Positions 9,214-17,890 of a stretch of DNA of 64,000 nucleotides are shown here, in pieces (position 1 is the stretch's first letter; each line of letters begins with the position of its first letter). The stretch lies in the IMG/VR virus record IMGVR_UViG_3300036832_000827, positions 4,916 to 68,915 of that record; one strand, given 5' to 3'. Source of the DNA: a virus. The translations under genes and the position numbers were made by a program. A model generated the notes under the pieces. The model had not been told where the DNA came from and ran no database searches. It was given only the letters and a program-made list of their open reading frames with translations.

Positions 9214-9900
9214 CGTTCGCATCTGTTGTAAGATCTTCAGTTATCACTCGGTCAATTTCGATGAAATTCGCCTGCTGTGACTCGGTCGCCGTTAATGAAA
9301 GTCGTTTTCTGTCACTCGGTCACTTTGATTGAAATTCCGTGCGGATCACTCGTTCGTTTCTCCTGAAATTCTCGCGCAATCACTCGTTCGCTTCATTTGA
9401 AATTCTTTAAGAATAACTCGGTCATTTCACATGTAAGATCGGACTTCGTAACTCGGTCGAGCTTCTTGAAATATCAGCATGGATGACTCGGTCACTACAA
9501 ATGAAAGATCGTAATTCCTAACTCGGTCATTGTGTTTGAAGGTCATCTTGTGTAACTCGTTCTATTATCATGAAAATTCTTCGCAGGTAACTTGGTCGCA
9601 TCTTTTGAAATTCACGGGAAATCACTCGTTCATACGCAATGCACTTCGAATCCTGTAACTCGGTCATATTTTATGAAATTCACTTCAGGCAACTCGGTCA
9701 TATATCATGAAATTCATATAACATCACTCGGTCGCACCCTATGAAATTCTCTCGCGTTCACTCGGTCAGCTTTTCTGAAATTCGCTCCAAATAACTCGTT
9801 CGTCTACAATGAAGTTCCCCACTAATAACTCGGTCATATATCATGAAATTCATTCAACATAACTCGTTCCCATTTCATGTAAGATCCTTGTCAATTAACT
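9214..9900 (-). ncRNA. TIGR-like dual-repeat guide array 2 (20 units)
   Basis: Same edge (t(a/c/g)actcg(g/t)tc) and loop (tgaaattc) repeats with 8-nt variable spacers as array 1. Confidence 0.9.
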
Positions 9901-9913
9901 GGCCGCCATTCTA

Positions 9914-10174
9914 TCATTTCCCGCCTAAGATCAGCGATTTCCAATCGGTTCCGCTGCGGGGCATATTTTTTACGAATGGGATGTGATTGTTTGGATAGAC
10001 GACGCGGGGGCGTAGCAGCCGCTTCATGCGTTGGCCAAAGTTGCAGCGGTCGCAAAGCCACTTCAGGCGTGGGTCGAGACCGGGCTCGTTTATTTTGCTG
10101 TGGCACTTTTGGCACCGGATCTCATCATCCGTGACGCGGACCAATGGCTGATCTTTTGGGACCTCTTTTAGCAT
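9914..10174 (-). CDS. Small zinc-finger-like protein, 86 aa
   Basis: CQKC...CDRC; start overlaps the upstream stop. Confidence 0.45.
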   Translation of the reverse strand: MLKEVPKDQPLVRVTDDEIRCQKCHSKINEPGLDPRLKWLCDRCNFGQRMKRLLRPRVVYPNNHIPFVKNMPRSGTDWKSLILGGK

Positions 10175-10449
10175 GGATAGTCTTCAAGCAGAATTGCGTA
10201 CATCGGTGTCTGTTCGCCGACGTAGCTGCCCTCGACATTAAAGCAAAAATGATCTTCGGCATCCTCGTGGGTCATCCCTTCCTCGATCAGGATCTCGATG
10301 CAGCGGGTCCGGTTGTAGAGCACGATCGGGTTCCCGCCAAAGGTGCACACCGTGCCGATGATCGCGTCGTCAAACCCATCGGCGCATAAAAGCTCGCCAT
10401 CGATATGCTCGGCCAGGAATTTACGTTTGTCATCAATAGGCTCCGGCAT
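10168..10449 (-). CDS. Conserved phage hypothetical protein
   Basis: ADGFDDAIIG...FNVEGSYVGEQTP motif; likely start MPEPIDDK. Confidence 0.6.
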   Translation of the reverse strand: MPEPIDDKRKFLAEHIDGELLCADGFDDAIIGTVCTFGGNPIVLYNRTRCIEILIEEGMTHEDAEDHFCFNVEGSYVGEQTPMYAILLEDYPC

Positions 10450-10639
10450 AGGCTGGCGGCGCGGCAAAAGATTCGTACGATGGCTTCTTTTTCTTTTTGG
10501 CCTTTGGGGCGATCTCCGGAAGATCGCCGTAATGGCCTTTTGTCGCCTGGTCGAATTCGTGCGTGACGGCCGGCGTGATCCCGGCCGCCCTGGCTGCTGC
10601 TGTGTGAAAAAATCCCTGCTGCTTTCTGGACTTGTACAT
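10433..10639 (-). CDS. Small phage protein, 68 aa
   Basis: AAGGAG RBS; KSRKQQGFF...EFDQATKG...LPE pattern often seen near terminase/portal genes. Confidence 0.55.
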   Translation of the reverse strand: MYKSRKQQGFFHTAAARAAGITPAVTHEFDQATKGHYGDLPEIAPKAKKKKKPSYESFAAPPAYAGAY

Positions 10640-10664
10640 AAAGAGCTCCTTGAGTCGCTGAGAA

Positions 10665-12788
10665 TCAACGCGTAACGCCTACTCGATAATTGGGACGCGC
10701 CGGCCGATAGCGTGAGAGCTTCGAGCGCTGCGCCTTGGCCTTCTCATCCATCTCCGCAAATTGCCGCATCCGGGCCACGATGGCCCGCTCTGCTGTCTGC
10801 GTCCCGAGCTCGCGCTCGATCCTGGCAATGTCCTGCAACTCTTCGGGGAGAGCACGCTCGCGGCGCTGTTTGTCCGTCATCGGCTGCGGATCGACGCCCC
10901 ACCTGGCGACCGCGTACCTGACACACGTGATGATGTCGTCGAAGACAGCCTTTGGCCGCATCCTCGGCACCGGTTTCCCGCGCTCCTCGGGCGGATAATG
11001 CCAGGAGTTCCACTCGGCCCGAAGACGCTTGAACCCGCGCTGCGACTGCGATTGCGTTATGAAATATTCGCCCTGACGCTCGTTCTTCGCCATGAAAAAT
11101 TCCGGCCGGTTGTCCTGGCGCGGCAGAGCAACGAAATAGATCCGGCAGCGTCCCATCAGATCCGGCCGAAAGGGATTCTCCAAGTGCTTGTCGATCACTT
11201 CGAAATGGAAGACCAGCTTCCGCCTTCCCCTGTCAAAATCCAGATCCGGCGTCGCCCAGTGATCCCCGCATTGCCTTAGCAATACTTCCTTCGGGTCCGT
11301 CGCCTCGTGGCTCATGTCGTTGACCTGCGGCTTCCGCGTGAATCCAGCAGAGTCCCTGAGACCCAACTGCCGCTCAAGCTGCGCGTAATACGCGTAACCC
11401 TGCATCTCCGTCGCCCCGATCGGCTCGATCGGCAACGCGTGAAAGAAAAATAACGAATCGTTCAGCGGCTGACCTTCCCCCGGCCGGCTGAATAACGTGT
11501 ACGCCCATATGTGCGTGTCGTTCTCATCCCTGGCCGACTCGCCATAGTCCGTCACCCTTCCCCAATTCCACCGGTAAGGCACGATCGGCGTGTGACCGTT
11601 GTAAAATTCCAGACGGCTCGCGCCCAGCCGCTCAAATCCCGCGACCATCTCGTCCCACGTGATAAGTACGTACGGCTCCTGTATATTTTTGAGTACGCGA
11701 CCCGGCTGTGACGCGTCGTAGTTGCGCTCAACTTCCTGAGCGATCTCTTCGGTGGTCATTGCGGCTCCGACATACCCGAACGGAAGAGCGTCGAACCAGC
11801 GCTGATCCCTCCACGGGTGATCCCGCCAATCCATCTCGAACTTTGGCGTGTTCCCGTCGTGAGCTATGTCGGCGAACTTGTTGTTCTTTCCAAACACGCT
11901 TGAGACCGGACAAAACGTGTTCGTCGTGCGTGAGAGTGCGGCGTACTGCGGGTACCCGCCAAACGGCCAGGTCGCGTACTCATCACCCAGGATGACCGTC
12001 GCACGCCGCTGCCGGCCCACATTCGCCGTCGGCGCGTCCCCGATTATCACTGAGCGATTCTCCGGATTCTCGATCAGCATGAATGGCATGTCTGACCCTG
12101 GCGAAAATCCCTTCGGCAGCATCCACGCCGGTACCATCCGCGTCTGAAATCTCAACTTCTCGAATAACGTCGATGGATCCTTCTTGCTGTCGACCAGATC
12201 CTCGTTCGCACTCAACGTCATCCCAATAAAACTCGACCGGTATCGCCAGTTCCTCCACATCCACCTGAGAAATGTCTCCGTCGCACCCATGTCCCGACAC
12301 TTCTCCGTGAGACCCGATACCCTGTGCTCAAATGTGATCTTGTCCAGCCACCTGACATACCGCTCCTGAAACGGAAATAACTCGAACGGCATTACATTCA
12401 ACGGCGCATCCGGCCTGGGGTCTACCGCCCACGCATACATCGCAAACCAATGAGCCGCATCCTTCTCGCACAGCTCGTTCTCCTCCTTTGCCTGCCGCTC
12501 CGTCTTGATCTGCGGAAGATACCTGAGCCTTTTCTCCGCTATGTCCGCTGCCCTGGTAAGCTGCCACTCGACCAACTCCACCTGATACTCCCGCGCCCGC
12601 CGCTCCACCGGATTTGCCGCCGCCTCCGCCAGTTCCCGCAACGGCTCCTGCGATGCCGCTATCAACGACCTCGCCTTTACCGCCTCTTCCAACGCCACGC
12701 TCAATGCCTCCGGCATCGAAAACGGCTCCGGCGGATCGATCCCCACCGACGCCGCACACAACTCCGCTGTCCATGAATCCCGAGCCAT
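10665..12788 (-). CDS. terL: Terminase large subunit, 707 aa
   Basis: LFPFQ adenine-binding motif, deviant Walker A EKCRDMGAT, Walker B ILGDE, C-terminal DDIITCVRY nuclease motif. Confidence 0.85.
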   Translation of the reverse strand: MARDSWTAELCAASVGIDPPEPFSMPEALSVALEEAVKARSLIAASQEPLRELAEAAANPVERRAREYQVELVEWQLTRAADIAEKRLRYLPQIKTERQAKEENELCEKDAAHWFAMYAWAVDPRPDAPLNVMPFELFPFQERYVRWLDKITFEHRVSGLTEKCRDMGATETFLRWMWRNWRYRSSFIGMTLSANEDLVDSKKDPSTLFEKLRFQTRMVPAWMLPKGFSPGSDMPFMLIENPENRSVIIGDAPTANVGRQRRATVILGDEYATWPFGGYPQYAALSRTTNTFCPVSSVFGKNNKFADIAHDGNTPKFEMDWRDHPWRDQRWFDALPFGYVGAAMTTEEIAQEVERNYDASQPGRVLKNIQEPYVLITWDEMVAGFERLGASRLEFYNGHTPIVPYRWNWGRVTDYGESARDENDTHIWAYTLFSRPGEGQPLNDSLFFFHALPIEPIGATEMQGYAYYAQLERQLGLRDSAGFTRKPQVNDMSHEATDPKEVLLRQCGDHWATPDLDFDRGRRKLVFHFEVIDKHLENPFRPDLMGRCRIYFVALPRQDNRPEFFMAKNERQGEYFITQSQSQRGFKRLRAEWNSWHYPPEERGKPVPRMRPKAVFDDIITCVRYAVARWGVDPQPMTDKQRRERALPEELQDIARIERELGTQTAERAIVARMRQFAEMDEKAKAQRSKLSRYRPARPNYRVGVTR

Positions 12789-12790
12789 CC

Positions 12791-13543
12791 CTATTGCACC
12801 GTCTCTGACGTAAATACGACCCCAAGCTTCTCGATCAATACGCTCTCCGCGATCGATACCCCGCGTGCAAATATTGCGATCGCCTCCCTAAGCTCCTCCT
12901 CCGTCGCATCCGGATTCTTCTCCCGATAAAGCGTCAAACCCTTTAACGCATTCTCGATCGTCTGGCTGTTGTCACGCTCCTTCGTGTACACCCCTTCGAT
13001 CCTCGCAAATTTATCCAAGACCACATCCACCGTCGCGATCACATCCAGCGCATACTTCCTGATGTCGATCTTCCTCGGCGCCCGAAATGCGTCGATCATC
13101 AGATCCGGATTCACTTCCTTCAGCCTTAACAAAAGCTCCTGCGCCGTCGCTACCTTCCTCACCTTCTTGATCTCCCCGTCATCCCTCCGCTCGATCTCAA
13201 AATAGATCACGTCAACCTCGTCCGCCCTCGCCGCCAGCGAGATCTTCGATGGATCGCGTGGATCGCTCAAATATTCCTCCGCCGCAAGCCGGATCTCCTT
13301 CGCAAACTGAAACTGCTCCGTCATCTCATCGTAAACCTCGATCACCCGCTTGATCTGCCCAGCCTTCTTCGTCTCCTGAAAACTGTGCTTCAAACAATAC
13401 TTCCCATGCCTCCAGATCGCCGACTTCGATAACGGCGGAAACCTCTCAGCCATGTGGAAATATGTGCAGTTCGCCAATATCGCCCGATCGATCAACTTTA
13501 CGTGCTCGTGCAAACACACTCCGCACCTCTCACTCGCCGGCAT
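12791..13543 (-). CDS. terS: Probable terminase small subunit, 250 aa
   Basis: Directly upstream of terL; N-terminal CxxC-H zinc/HTH region; GGAGG RBS. Confidence 0.6.
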   Translation of the reverse strand: MPASERCGVCLHEHVKLIDRAILANCTYFHMAERFPPLSKSAIWRHGKYCLKHSFQETKKAGQIKRVIEVYDEMTEQFQFAKEIRLAAEEYLSDPRDPSKISLAARADEVDVIYFEIERRDDGEIKKVRKVATAQELLLRLKEVNPDLMIDAFRAPRKIDIRKYALDVIATVDVVLDKFARIEGVYTKERDNSQTIENALKGLTLYREKNPDATEEELREAIAIFARGVSIAESVLIEKLGVVFTSETVQ

Positions 13544-13765
13544 TCGTCACCTCCTCCATTCCATATAAAAAATTTTTCGCAGGGAGAGAGGGTGGTAGCT
13601 GAACTGTAGAAATCGGCCGGGCGGCTGACGGCTGGGCGGGCCTCCGGGGGCGCGCGGTCGGTTGCTGTGTGGCTACGGTGGAAAGCATGCTTCGAAAATT
13701 GGTCAAGCTGCTCGGTGCGTGCGGTGTAGTGCAATGTGTATCACATATGCAGTGGAGTTGTAAAC

Positions 13766-13795
13766 AAGAAAAGCCTAGCGTGTACGCGCTAGGCT
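13766..13795 (-). terminator. Rho-independent terminator
   Basis: Minus strand AGCCTAGCG-CGTACA-CGCTAGGCT-TTTCTT downstream of the DUF932 gene. Confidence 0.65.
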
Positions 13796-13826
13796 CATGG
13801 GGTGGGGTGGATGCGGAGGGTTTGGT

Positions 13827-14933
13827 TTAGTTGATGCCTGCGAGGATGGCGTCAAGGTTTGGGGTCGAGGTCGGCGGCGGCATGGGTGCGATTGGTGCGG
13901 ATGGGATCGAATAGACCGGTCGAGCTACGCTCGGAGCGTTGGCGGTTGCTTCCATGATGACTTGAAGGGCTTCTGTTTTGAGGTCGGCGCCTGCTCCGAA
14001 GAGAGCGTTATTGGCGCGGATGGCGTCGGGGTTCCATCCTGACTTGGCGTCGGTGCGTCGGACGTTTCGAAAGTGGTCGGTGTGTTCGATGATTGCGTTT
14101 AACAGGGCATATGGCGTATCAGCGATTTGTGGGAAGGCGTTTCCGTCGTTGTATTCGAACCTCTCCAATATCTCGGCTACGAGGTTCTGGCCTCGCGTGT
14201 CTTTCTCGATCTGCTCCTCTGTCTTCTTGGCGAAAAACAAGCGGTTGAGAATCTCTCGGCGGTCGTTGTGCACAAGCTTGCGTCCTGCGAGTATGCGGAG
14301 TTTTTCTTGCAGGCTCTCGGCGGTCTGCCGTGCGCCTGTGAAAATCGAGCGGGCTTGGTTTATGCGGTTCTCGGCGTTCTTCGTGTGGCGAACAACGAGG
14401 GCATCTTTCGCTTTGCTCATTGCGTAGTTCATCGTATTTTGGCAAACGACGCGCGTTGACGTCATGAAGGCCTTGGCGGACATTGATCCGTCATGCGAAT
14501 TTACAAAGGTCAATTTGGTCTTTGCGGTATCGCCTGGGACTATTTCGGTTGTGAGTCCGAGGTCGATCTGACACCAAACTCGCTCGCCTTTCCCTAGTGC
14601 GCCTGCGGCGGTGTAGTGGGCCTGCCCGTCTGCCTCCATGAGGGCGTCGCAGAAGTTGAACTGAAAGTCATTCTGTATGAGCGTGTGTTGTGCTCCGACA
14701 TTGGCGAGCCATTCGCCGGTGTCGTCTCGGTAGATATGAAACGAGTCGATCGGTTCGCCAGTGAACAAGTGCTTCTGCTGGTGCTTGCTAACGGTGAAAA
14801 GTAAGTTTGCCTCTCGCATCGTGTCGGCGGCGGTCTGTGCTCCTTGCACGACCTGTCCAAGCTTCATCCAAGCTTCCTCGTTCGCGACCATTAAACTAAC
14901 TTTTCCGTTCGTGACGTTTAGATTGTGTGCCAT
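13827..14933 (-). CDS. DUF932 (phage/plasmid-like TIGR03299-type) protein, 368 aa
   Basis: MAHNL...AW..LG; GALGKGERVW; NSHDGS; RVVCQNT; RHT motifs. Confidence 0.8.
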   Translation of the reverse strand: MAHNLNVTNGKVSLMVANEEAWMKLGQVVQGAQTAADTMREANLLFTVSKHQQKHLFTGEPIDSFHIYRDDTGEWLANVGAQHTLIQNDFQFNFCDALMEADGQAHYTAAGALGKGERVWCQIDLGLTTEIVPGDTAKTKLTFVNSHDGSMSAKAFMTSTRVVCQNTMNYAMSKAKDALVVRHTKNAENRINQARSIFTGARQTAESLQEKLRILAGRKLVHNDRREILNRLFFAKKTEEQIEKDTRGQNLVAEILERFEYNDGNAFPQIADTPYALLNAIIEHTDHFRNVRRTDAKSGWNPDAIRANNALFGAGADLKTEALQVIMEATANAPSVARPVYSIPSAPIAPMPPPTSTPNLDAILAGIN

Positions 14934-14997
14934 GTGATTTATTGAATCTCCTGTTTTTGTTTTTGTAGAATCACGTTGTTTTATTCAACGTATATAC

Positions 14998-15026
14998 AGT
15001 GTAAACTAAGCGGGTTAGAATGTCAA
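14998..15026 (-). promoter_or_regulatory. Early sigma70 promoter
   Basis: TTGACA-17-TACACT. Confidence 0.7.
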
Positions 15027-15049
15027 ACGGCCTGCGTGTCTGCCGTGCG

Positions 15050-15346
15050 TTAGCCTGCTCGGTGGATTGCGTGCGATAGGCTCCTTGCTCCCGTGTAAGA
15101 GTGCGGCCATATGCGCAAAATGATCCGCATCAGATTGAGGCAAGTTCTCTTGTCTGGTAGGTCGGCAATGCAATGATAGAGTCCTTGGGCGTCATGTGCA
15201 TAAATGCTGTAAAACTCTGCTTCGTCGTCTTCGCATCGTTCTAGGCAGTCGGGCGCGTCGGGCGCGTGGTGTACGGCGTTCCAAGTGAATTCTTTGATTT
15301 GTGCGGGTAAAGCTTCGGGGCAAAAATCCAAGTGTATTGCTTTCAT
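15050..15346 (-). CDS. Hypothetical early protein, 98 aa
   Basis: GAGGAG RBS. Confidence 0.55.
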   Translation of the reverse strand: MKAIHLDFCPEALPAQIKEFTWNAVHHAPDAPDCLERCEDDEAEFYSIYAHDAQGLYHCIADLPDKRTCLNLMRIILRIWPHSYTGARSLSHAIHRAG

Positions 15347-15376
15347 GATTTTTTCTCCTCTGTGTCTGCTGTGTGT

Positions 15377-15670
15377 TTAGCGAGCGGTCGCTGTCTCGGC
15401 TAGGGCGTCTATCCGGGCCGCTGTGTGGATACCGTAGACATCTTCAATCGTCTCGGTCATCTCGATCTCGTCGCGTCTGGTCTGAAGCGTGGCCATCTGG
15501 TGTCTGAGCTGGCTAATGCTCTCGGCGCATTGGTCTCCGTGTCCTTCGTCCGAGCGTCTGAAGGCGTGACGGGCCAAGATTTTCTGCTCGTCTATCTCGT
15601 CGGCCAACGCCTCAATACGGGCGTCGAAGTAATCCAGAAAACTCTGTTGCTGTCTTGCTGTGAACATCAT
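15377..15670 (-). CDS. Hypothetical early protein, 97 aa
   Basis: AGGAGA RBS, own promoter upstream. Confidence 0.55.
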   Translation of the reverse strand: MMFTARQQQSFLDYFDARIEALADEIDEQKILARHAFRRSDEGHGDQCAESISQLRHQMATLQTRRDEIEMTETIEDVYGIHTAARIDALAETATAR

Positions 15671-15720
15671 TTCAATCTCCTAATCGTTTGTAGAATCGAG
15701 GCGTTTTTGCCTATGTACTA

Positions 15721-15749
15721 AGGATATCAAAGCCGCATCGTATTGTCAA
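15721..15749 (-). promoter_or_regulatory. Early sigma70 promoter
   Basis: TTGACA-17-TATCCT-TAGTACA. Confidence 0.65.
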
Positions 15750-15865
15750 ATCAGGAGCCGAAATAAAGACGGCCCTGTTAATTCTAAAGCCGTCTCATTC
15801 CAAGCTCCGCGAGGCTGTGGATTAGGCTCCGCGCGTGTTTTGATCTGGTGAGGTTAGGGGCCGCA

Positions 15866-16459
15866 TTAAGCGGCCACCTGTTCGGCGAATTCTATCGGCA
15901 GTTTGTCTTCGTCGTATATTCCCCAGTCGTCGGTGAAGTCTTCGCTACGTTTCCCGGCTGTATTGGGTGAGAGCCAATAGCGCCAATTCGGGTCACGGGT
16001 TTCAATCCGGTAGGCTTCTACGGAATGTAGCAAGGGTTCGGCGGGGGCTAGAAGCATGACCTCGTAGCTATTCGGGTGTTTGATGATGTTGAGGCTGGCG
16101 CCGGCATCGTGGTAGAAAAAACCGTCAAGCTGTTCGCTCCTGACTTCCTCGGCGTCTTCGGTGGGTCCGTCGTACAGGGCGGCGCCGCATGACACGTGGA
16201 ACTGGCTGAGACCTTCGTTTTGGATAATGGCGTCGGGGTCGTCGACGAACCAACGGCAGAAAAGATATTGCTTTCTCGGCGGCTGCGGTGCGGTCTTTTC
16301 CTTGAACTCATAGGTAGATTCGTTGCTGGAAAAGTTCCACCAGTTGACATCACGGTCGCAATACTCTTCGATTTGCTCCGGGGTCTGGTCGTCCTCAACT
16401 TCAATATCTGTCATGTAAACGTTCGTTTCGGTCTTGGTAGCTGTAAGGCGTTTCTGCAT
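15866..16459 (-). CDS. Acidic hypothetical early protein, 197 aa
   Basis: CAGGAGA RBS, own promoter. Confidence 0.6.
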   Translation of the reverse strand: MQKRLTATKTETNVYMTDIEVEDDQTPEQIEEYCDRDVNWWNFSSNESTYEFKEKTAPQPPRKQYLFCRWFVDDPDAIIQNEGLSQFHVSCGAALYDGPTEDAEEVRSEQLDGFFYHDAGASLNIIKHPNSYEVMLLAPAEPLLHSVEAYRIETRDPNWRYWLSPNTAGKRSEDFTDDWGIYDEDKLPIEFAEQVAA

Positions 16460-16508
16460 TTCTGTCTCCTGTCTTGTGTAATATCTGCTCTTTCTTGAGC
16501 ATGTACTA

Positions 16509-16537
16509 AGATTAAACTAATCTGTTTCGAATGTCAA
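16509..16537 (-). promoter_or_regulatory. Early sigma70 promoter
   Basis: TTGACA-17-TAATCT-TAGTACA. Confidence 0.7.
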
Positions 16538-17205
16538 ACCCGGTAGCAGGTCGAGCCATCTTCAAGGAATTGATATTCGTTAGCCTGAGCGTGTTCTTTG
16601 AAGTAGTCGAAGCTCTCTTGTGATTCCATCTCGGCGACAACGGCGTGAGTCAGGCTGTCGGCGCAATCGTTCATTAGGATTTCAAACGTCATGCGGGGGT
16701 CGGGCTGTTTCAAGAATTCCCACACTGGAGCGAGTATGTCTTCATCTCCACAGAATCCGGTGAAGGGGCAGGCTTGCGATTCGAGCTTCAGGCCGTGGTA
16801 CTGGTAGTAATGGTCGTTCAGCCTGCTTACCATAACGGAGTGTTTAAGTTTCCGGTGATAGATTTGCGGATCGCTGGCGGGCCGCGAAAAGCTTCGGTAG
16901 TATTTCCCTGTGTACAGGCTGCGGCGGTAGTTATTCCAGATATACGTTGCAAGTCTCCATCCTGACAGGTTGGCTATCTCGTCGCATTCGACGAATTCAA
17001 GATCGGTCGAGCTATAGCTGGATGTTCCCCAGTTATAGTTTTTGAGTTTGACGGGGAACACTTCGACGAAAGCTTTCAGGCTGTCTTTGTATTCGTCGAG
17101 CCAGACGTATTCGAATCCACGGTTGAGATAATTCGAGTGGGCATTTTCCTGAGCGTCTTCGGTGAGTTCGTCGACGGTAAATATTTTGATGGTTTCGGTT
17201 TTCAT
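16534..17205 (-). CDS. Conserved phage early protein, 223 aa
   Basis: IFTVDEL...AQENA N-terminus and ANEYQFLEDG C-terminus recurrent in phage early proteins. Confidence 0.6.
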   Translation of the reverse strand: MKTETIKIFTVDELTEDAQENAHSNYLNRGFEYVWLDEYKDSLKAFVEVFPVKLKNYNWGTSSYSSTDLEFVECDEIANLSGWRLATYIWNNYRRSLYTGKYYRSFSRPASDPQIYHRKLKHSVMVSRLNDHYYQYHGLKLESQACPFTGFCGDEDILAPVWEFLKQPDPRMTFEILMNDCADSLTHAVVAEMESQESFDYFKEHAQANEYQFLEDGSTCYRV

Positions 17206-17516
17206 TAGCTGACCTCCTCTTGAATGAACGGGTAGAAGGCCTGCTCGAATTTTGCGTAGGCGTCGGCGTTCTGCACGACGTAGCCACGGGTAATTTCATG
17301 GTCGCTCCATTCGGCGATGGCTTTAAGTATCTCTTCTCGAATCCCGCCGATCCATTCCATGTTCCATTCAAGTTCAGGCTCGGTGATACCGAGGCCTCCA
17401 CGGACATTTCCGAGCGGACGTTTTCGGTACGCGTCGGGCACGAGCATATTGACTAGGTTGGCAATCGCGTTATCGACAAAATCCTGTCGTTCGATCTGTT
17501 GCTTTGTGAGTTCCAT
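17205..17516 (-). CDS. Hypothetical early protein
   Basis: Likely start MELTKQ after CAGGAGA RBS. Confidence 0.55.
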   Translation of the reverse strand: MELTKQQIERQDFVDNAIANLVNMLVPDAYRKRPLGNVRGGLGITEPELEWNMEWIGGIREEILKAIAEWSDHEITRGYVVQNADAYAKFEQAFYPFIQEEVS

Positions 17517-17563
17517 TTTTGTCTCCTGTGTAAAATCTGGCCGCATTTCGCGGCCATGTACTA

Positions 17564-17592
17564 AGACTAATCTAATCCGCTCTAAAGGTCAA
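17564..17592 (-). promoter_or_regulatory. Early sigma70 promoter
   Basis: TTGACC-17-TAGTCT-TAGTACA. Confidence 0.65.
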
Positions 17593-17890
17593 GCGGCGTT
17601 CGTGCGTGTTCGGCGGCGCAGACTTCGCAGACCTCGACATGTTCCTCGATCTCTTCCGAGCTCATTGATCCGCAGGGTGTTGAGAATTTCTCAATGGTCT
17701 CGGTATCTGCGGGGACCCAGTCGACTTTGCATTCGCCGTCGCAGGCGTTGCAGTAGGAGTCGTCGAAAGTTTGTTGGAGTTCATATTTCTGCGTCTCTGG
17801 ATTCCACGAGGCCCAGGCGTCGAAGTTGACGTTATCTGATCCGCATTCGGTACAGACGGGTTTGGTTTTTATTTGTTTAGGCGTCGGCAT
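17582..17890 (-). CDS. Zinc-ribbon protein
   Basis: CTECGS...CNAC; likely start MPTPKQ after GGAGG. Confidence 0.55.
   Translation of the reverse strand: MPTPKQIKTKPVCTECGSDNVNFDAWASWNPETQKYELQQTFDDSYCNACDGECKVDWVPADTETIEKFSTPCGSMSSEEIEEHVEVCEVCAAEHARTPLDL

Noticed and set aside
5340-9900. Arrays as CRISPR
   Set aside because: Two alternating 8-10 nt repeats with 8-nt spacers are far from CRISPR dimensions, and no cas genes are visible.
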